Origin: the human T2T-CHM13v2.0 reference genome, Homo sapiens
Reading direction: 5' to 3' (one strand)
Length of the DNA stretch: 64,000 nucleotides
Assembly (NCBI RefSeq): GCF_009914755.1
Contig: NC_060938.1
The position numbers were made by a program, and so were the translations under genes. Within the stretch, counting starts at the first letter, position 1; every line of letters starts with the position of its first letter. Below are positions 61,016 to 64,000 of the stretch, piece by piece. The notes beneath the pieces were generated by a model. It searched no databases and was not told where the DNA came from. It worked only from the letters and a program-made list of their open reading frames with translations.

Positions 61016-64000
61016 TACAATGGAATGGAGTAGAGGGGAATGGAATGGAATCTATTGCAGTGGAATGGAGTGCAGTGCAGAGGAATGGAATGGGATGGAG
61101 TGGAATGAAATGGAATGGAAAGGAATGGAAGGAAATGGAGTGGAACGGAATGGAGTGGAATGGATTGCAGTGCAGAGGAATGGAATGGGATGGAGTGGAA
61201 TGAAATGGAATGGAAAGGAATGGAAGGAAATGGAGTGGAATGGAATGGAGTGGAATGGAATTGAGTGGAATGCAATGGAATGGAATGGAATGGAGTGGAA
61301 TGGAGTGTTGTGGGGTTGAGTGGAAATTAAAGGAATGGATTAGAATGGATTGGAGAGGAATTGGGTGGAATTGAGTGTAGTGGAATGGAATGGATTGAAG
61401 TGGAATGGAGTGGAGAAGCATGGAGTGGAATGAAGTAGAATGGAGTGGAATGGAGTGGATTGCAGTGGAGTGAAATGCAGTAGAATGGAGTGGAATGTAG
61501 TGTAATGGTGTGGAATGGAGTGGAAAGTAGTGGAATGGAATGGAGTGTAGTGGACTGGAGAAGAGCAGACTGCAGTGGAGTGGAATGGAGTGGAATGGAA
61601 TGCAGTGGAGTGGAACGGAATGGACTGGAATTGTATGGAGTAGAATGGAGTCCAGTGGAGTGGAATGGAATGGAGTGGATTGGAGTTTCGTAGAAGGAAG
61701 TGTAATGTGCTGGAGTGGAATGGAATGAAATGGAGTGGAGGGCAGTGGAGTGGAGTGAATTGGAATGGAAAGTAATGGATTGGATTTCAGTCTAATGGAA
61801 TGGAGTGGAATGGAATGAAGTGGAATCGAATTGAATGGAATGGAATGGATTGGATATGAGTGGAATGGAATGGAGTGGAATGGAAAGGAGTGGAATGGTT
61901 TTGAGAGGAATCAAATGGAATGGAATGGAATGGAATGGAGTGTAGAGTAGTGCATTGGAGTGGGATGGAAATGAATGGATTGGAATGTCATGGAATGGAA
62001 TGGAAAGGAATGGAGAGGAGTGGAGAGCAGAGGAGCGGAATCCAAAGGAATAGAATGGAATAGAGAGGAATGGAATGGAGTGGATTGGAGCGCAGTGGAA
62101 TGGAATGGAATGGAGTGGAGTGGAATGGAATGGAGTGGAGTGGAATGGAATGGAACGAAATGGAGGGCACTGGTTTTGAATGGAATGGAATGGTGTGGAA
62201 TGGAAAGCAATGGAATGGAATGGAACGGAAAGGAGAGGAGGGTAGCATAGTGGAGTGGAATGAAATGGAATACAATGGAATGGAAAGGAAAGGAATGGAA
62301 TGCTATGGAATGGAGTGGACTGGAATGGAATGGAGTGGAGGGGAGTGGAATGGTTTGGAATGGATTGGAATGGAATGGAAGTGAATGGAATGGAATGGAA
62401 GGGAATAGAATGCAATGGAATGGAGTGCAGTGGAATGGAATGGAGAGGAGTGGAAAAGAATGGAATTGAATGGAGAAGAGTTGAATGGAATAGATTGGAG
62501 TGGAATATAAAAGAATGGAATGGAATGGAATGGAATGCAATGGAATTGAATGGAGTGCAGTGGAGTGGAGTGGATTAGTGTAGAATGGAATTGAATGGAA
62601 CGGAATGGAATACAATAGAATGGATTAGAATGGAATGGAATGGAATGCAATGGAGTGGAATGGAGAGGAGTGGAGTGGAATGAAATGGAATTAAGAGGAG
62701 TGGAATGAAATGGACTGGAATGGAATATATTGGAATGGAGTGGAGTGGACTGGAATGGAATAGAGTAGAATGAAGCAAAGTGGAATGGAGTGGAGTGGAA
62801 TGGCATGACATGGAATGGAATGGAATGGAGTGGAGTGGAGTGGAATGGAATGGAATGGAGTGCAGTGCAGGGGAGAGGAGTCGAGTGGAATACAGTGGAA
62901 TGGAGTGGAATGGAATGGATTGCAGTTTAATGGAATGGAGCGGAATGGATTGGAGTGGAATGGAATGGATTGGAATGGAGTGTAATAGAATGGTGTGGAG
63001 TGGAGTGGAATGGAATAGACTGGATTATTGTGGAGGGTAATGGAATGAAATTAAGTGGAGTGGAATGGAATGGAGTGGATTGCAATGGAGTGGAATGGAA
63101 TGGAGTGGAAAAGAATGGAGTGAAATAGAGTGGAATCGAGTGGAGAAGACTGGAATTGATTTGAAAGGAATGGAGTGGAATGCAGTGAAGTGGAATGGTA
63201 TGTATTGGAATGGAGTGGAGTGGAATTGAGTGGAATGGACTGGAGTGGAATGGAAGTTAACGGAATGGAATAGAATGGAATGGAATGGAGTTGAGTGGAA
63301 TGGAACGGAGTGGAGTGGAATGGAATGGAATGGAGTGGATTGGAATGGAGTGGAATGGAATGGTGAGGAATAGAATGGAGTGCAGTGCATTGGAATGGAA
63401 TAGAGTGGAATGGAGTGGTGTGGAATGGTATGGAATGCAGTAGAGTTTAACAGAATGTAGTGGAAGGACAGGAAATGGAGTGGAGTGTAATGGAATGGAA
63501 TGCCGTGTAAAAGAATAGAATGGAGTTGAGTGGAATGGAATGAAGTGGAGTGGAATGGAGTGGCATGGATTGCAATGCAATGGAGGCGAATGGAATGGTG
63601 TGTGAAATGTAATGGAGTGGATTGCTTGGAATGTAATGGAGTGGAATGGAGTTGAGTGGAATGGAATGGGATGGAGAGGAATGGAATGGAATGGAATGGA
63701 ATGGAATGAAGTGGAATGGAGTAGAATAGAATGGAATGGTCTGGAGTGCTGTGGAATGGAATGGAGTGGAGTGGAGTGGTACGTAAATGAATGTAATAAA
63801 ATGGAATGGAATGGAATGGAATGTAGTGGAGTGGAGTGAAGTGGAGTGGAATTGAATGGAATGGGATGGAGTGGAATTGAATGGAGTGAATGGAATGTAG
63901 TGGAATGGAATGGAGTGGAGTGGATTGGAATGAAATAGAGTGCAATGGAGTGGTGTGGAATGGGTTGGAATGGAGTGGAATTTAAGGTAATGCAGTGGAT
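61016..64000 (+). repeat. GGAGT-rich HSat3-family block without Alu modules (continues past the window end)
   Basis: Abrupt return of GGAGT and GCAGT pentamers and near-loss of CGAAT. Confidence 0.85.

Overview
This is eukaryotic heterochromatin, almost certainly human (or a close great ape), most likely from an acrocentric short arm or pericentromere. It is not prokaryotic and contains no supportable intact protein-coding gene. There are three satellite domains. (1) 1-11023 is HSat1A: 42-bp AT-rich monomers in a 378-bp 9-mer higher-order repeat (HOR), with an A/B alternating 756-bp stretch and a diverged edge. (2) 11021-37985 is a 68-bp beta-satellite array carrying four D4Z4/DUX4-like pieces: a pLAM/exon-3-like remnant at the HSat1A junction, a near-complete DUX4-like pseudogene, a promoter-only fragment, and a homeobox-only truncated pseudogene. 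(3) 37983-64000 is the HSat3 family: a GGAGT-rich block punctuated by 22 copies of one decayed ~60-bp Alu 3'-end fragment in a recurring cycle, a GGAAT/GGACTCGAAT block, and a final GGAGT-rich block without Alu. The most interesting items are the Alu-punctuated pentamer satellite, whose A-tail grades into GGAAT, and the pLAM paralogues, which carry GTCACA where 4qA DUX4 has its ATTAAA poly(A) signal. Reference DUX4, pLAM and Alu sequences were compared from memory, and coordinates were counted by hand (boundaries good to a few bp, HSat3 sub-block borders to ~50 bp).
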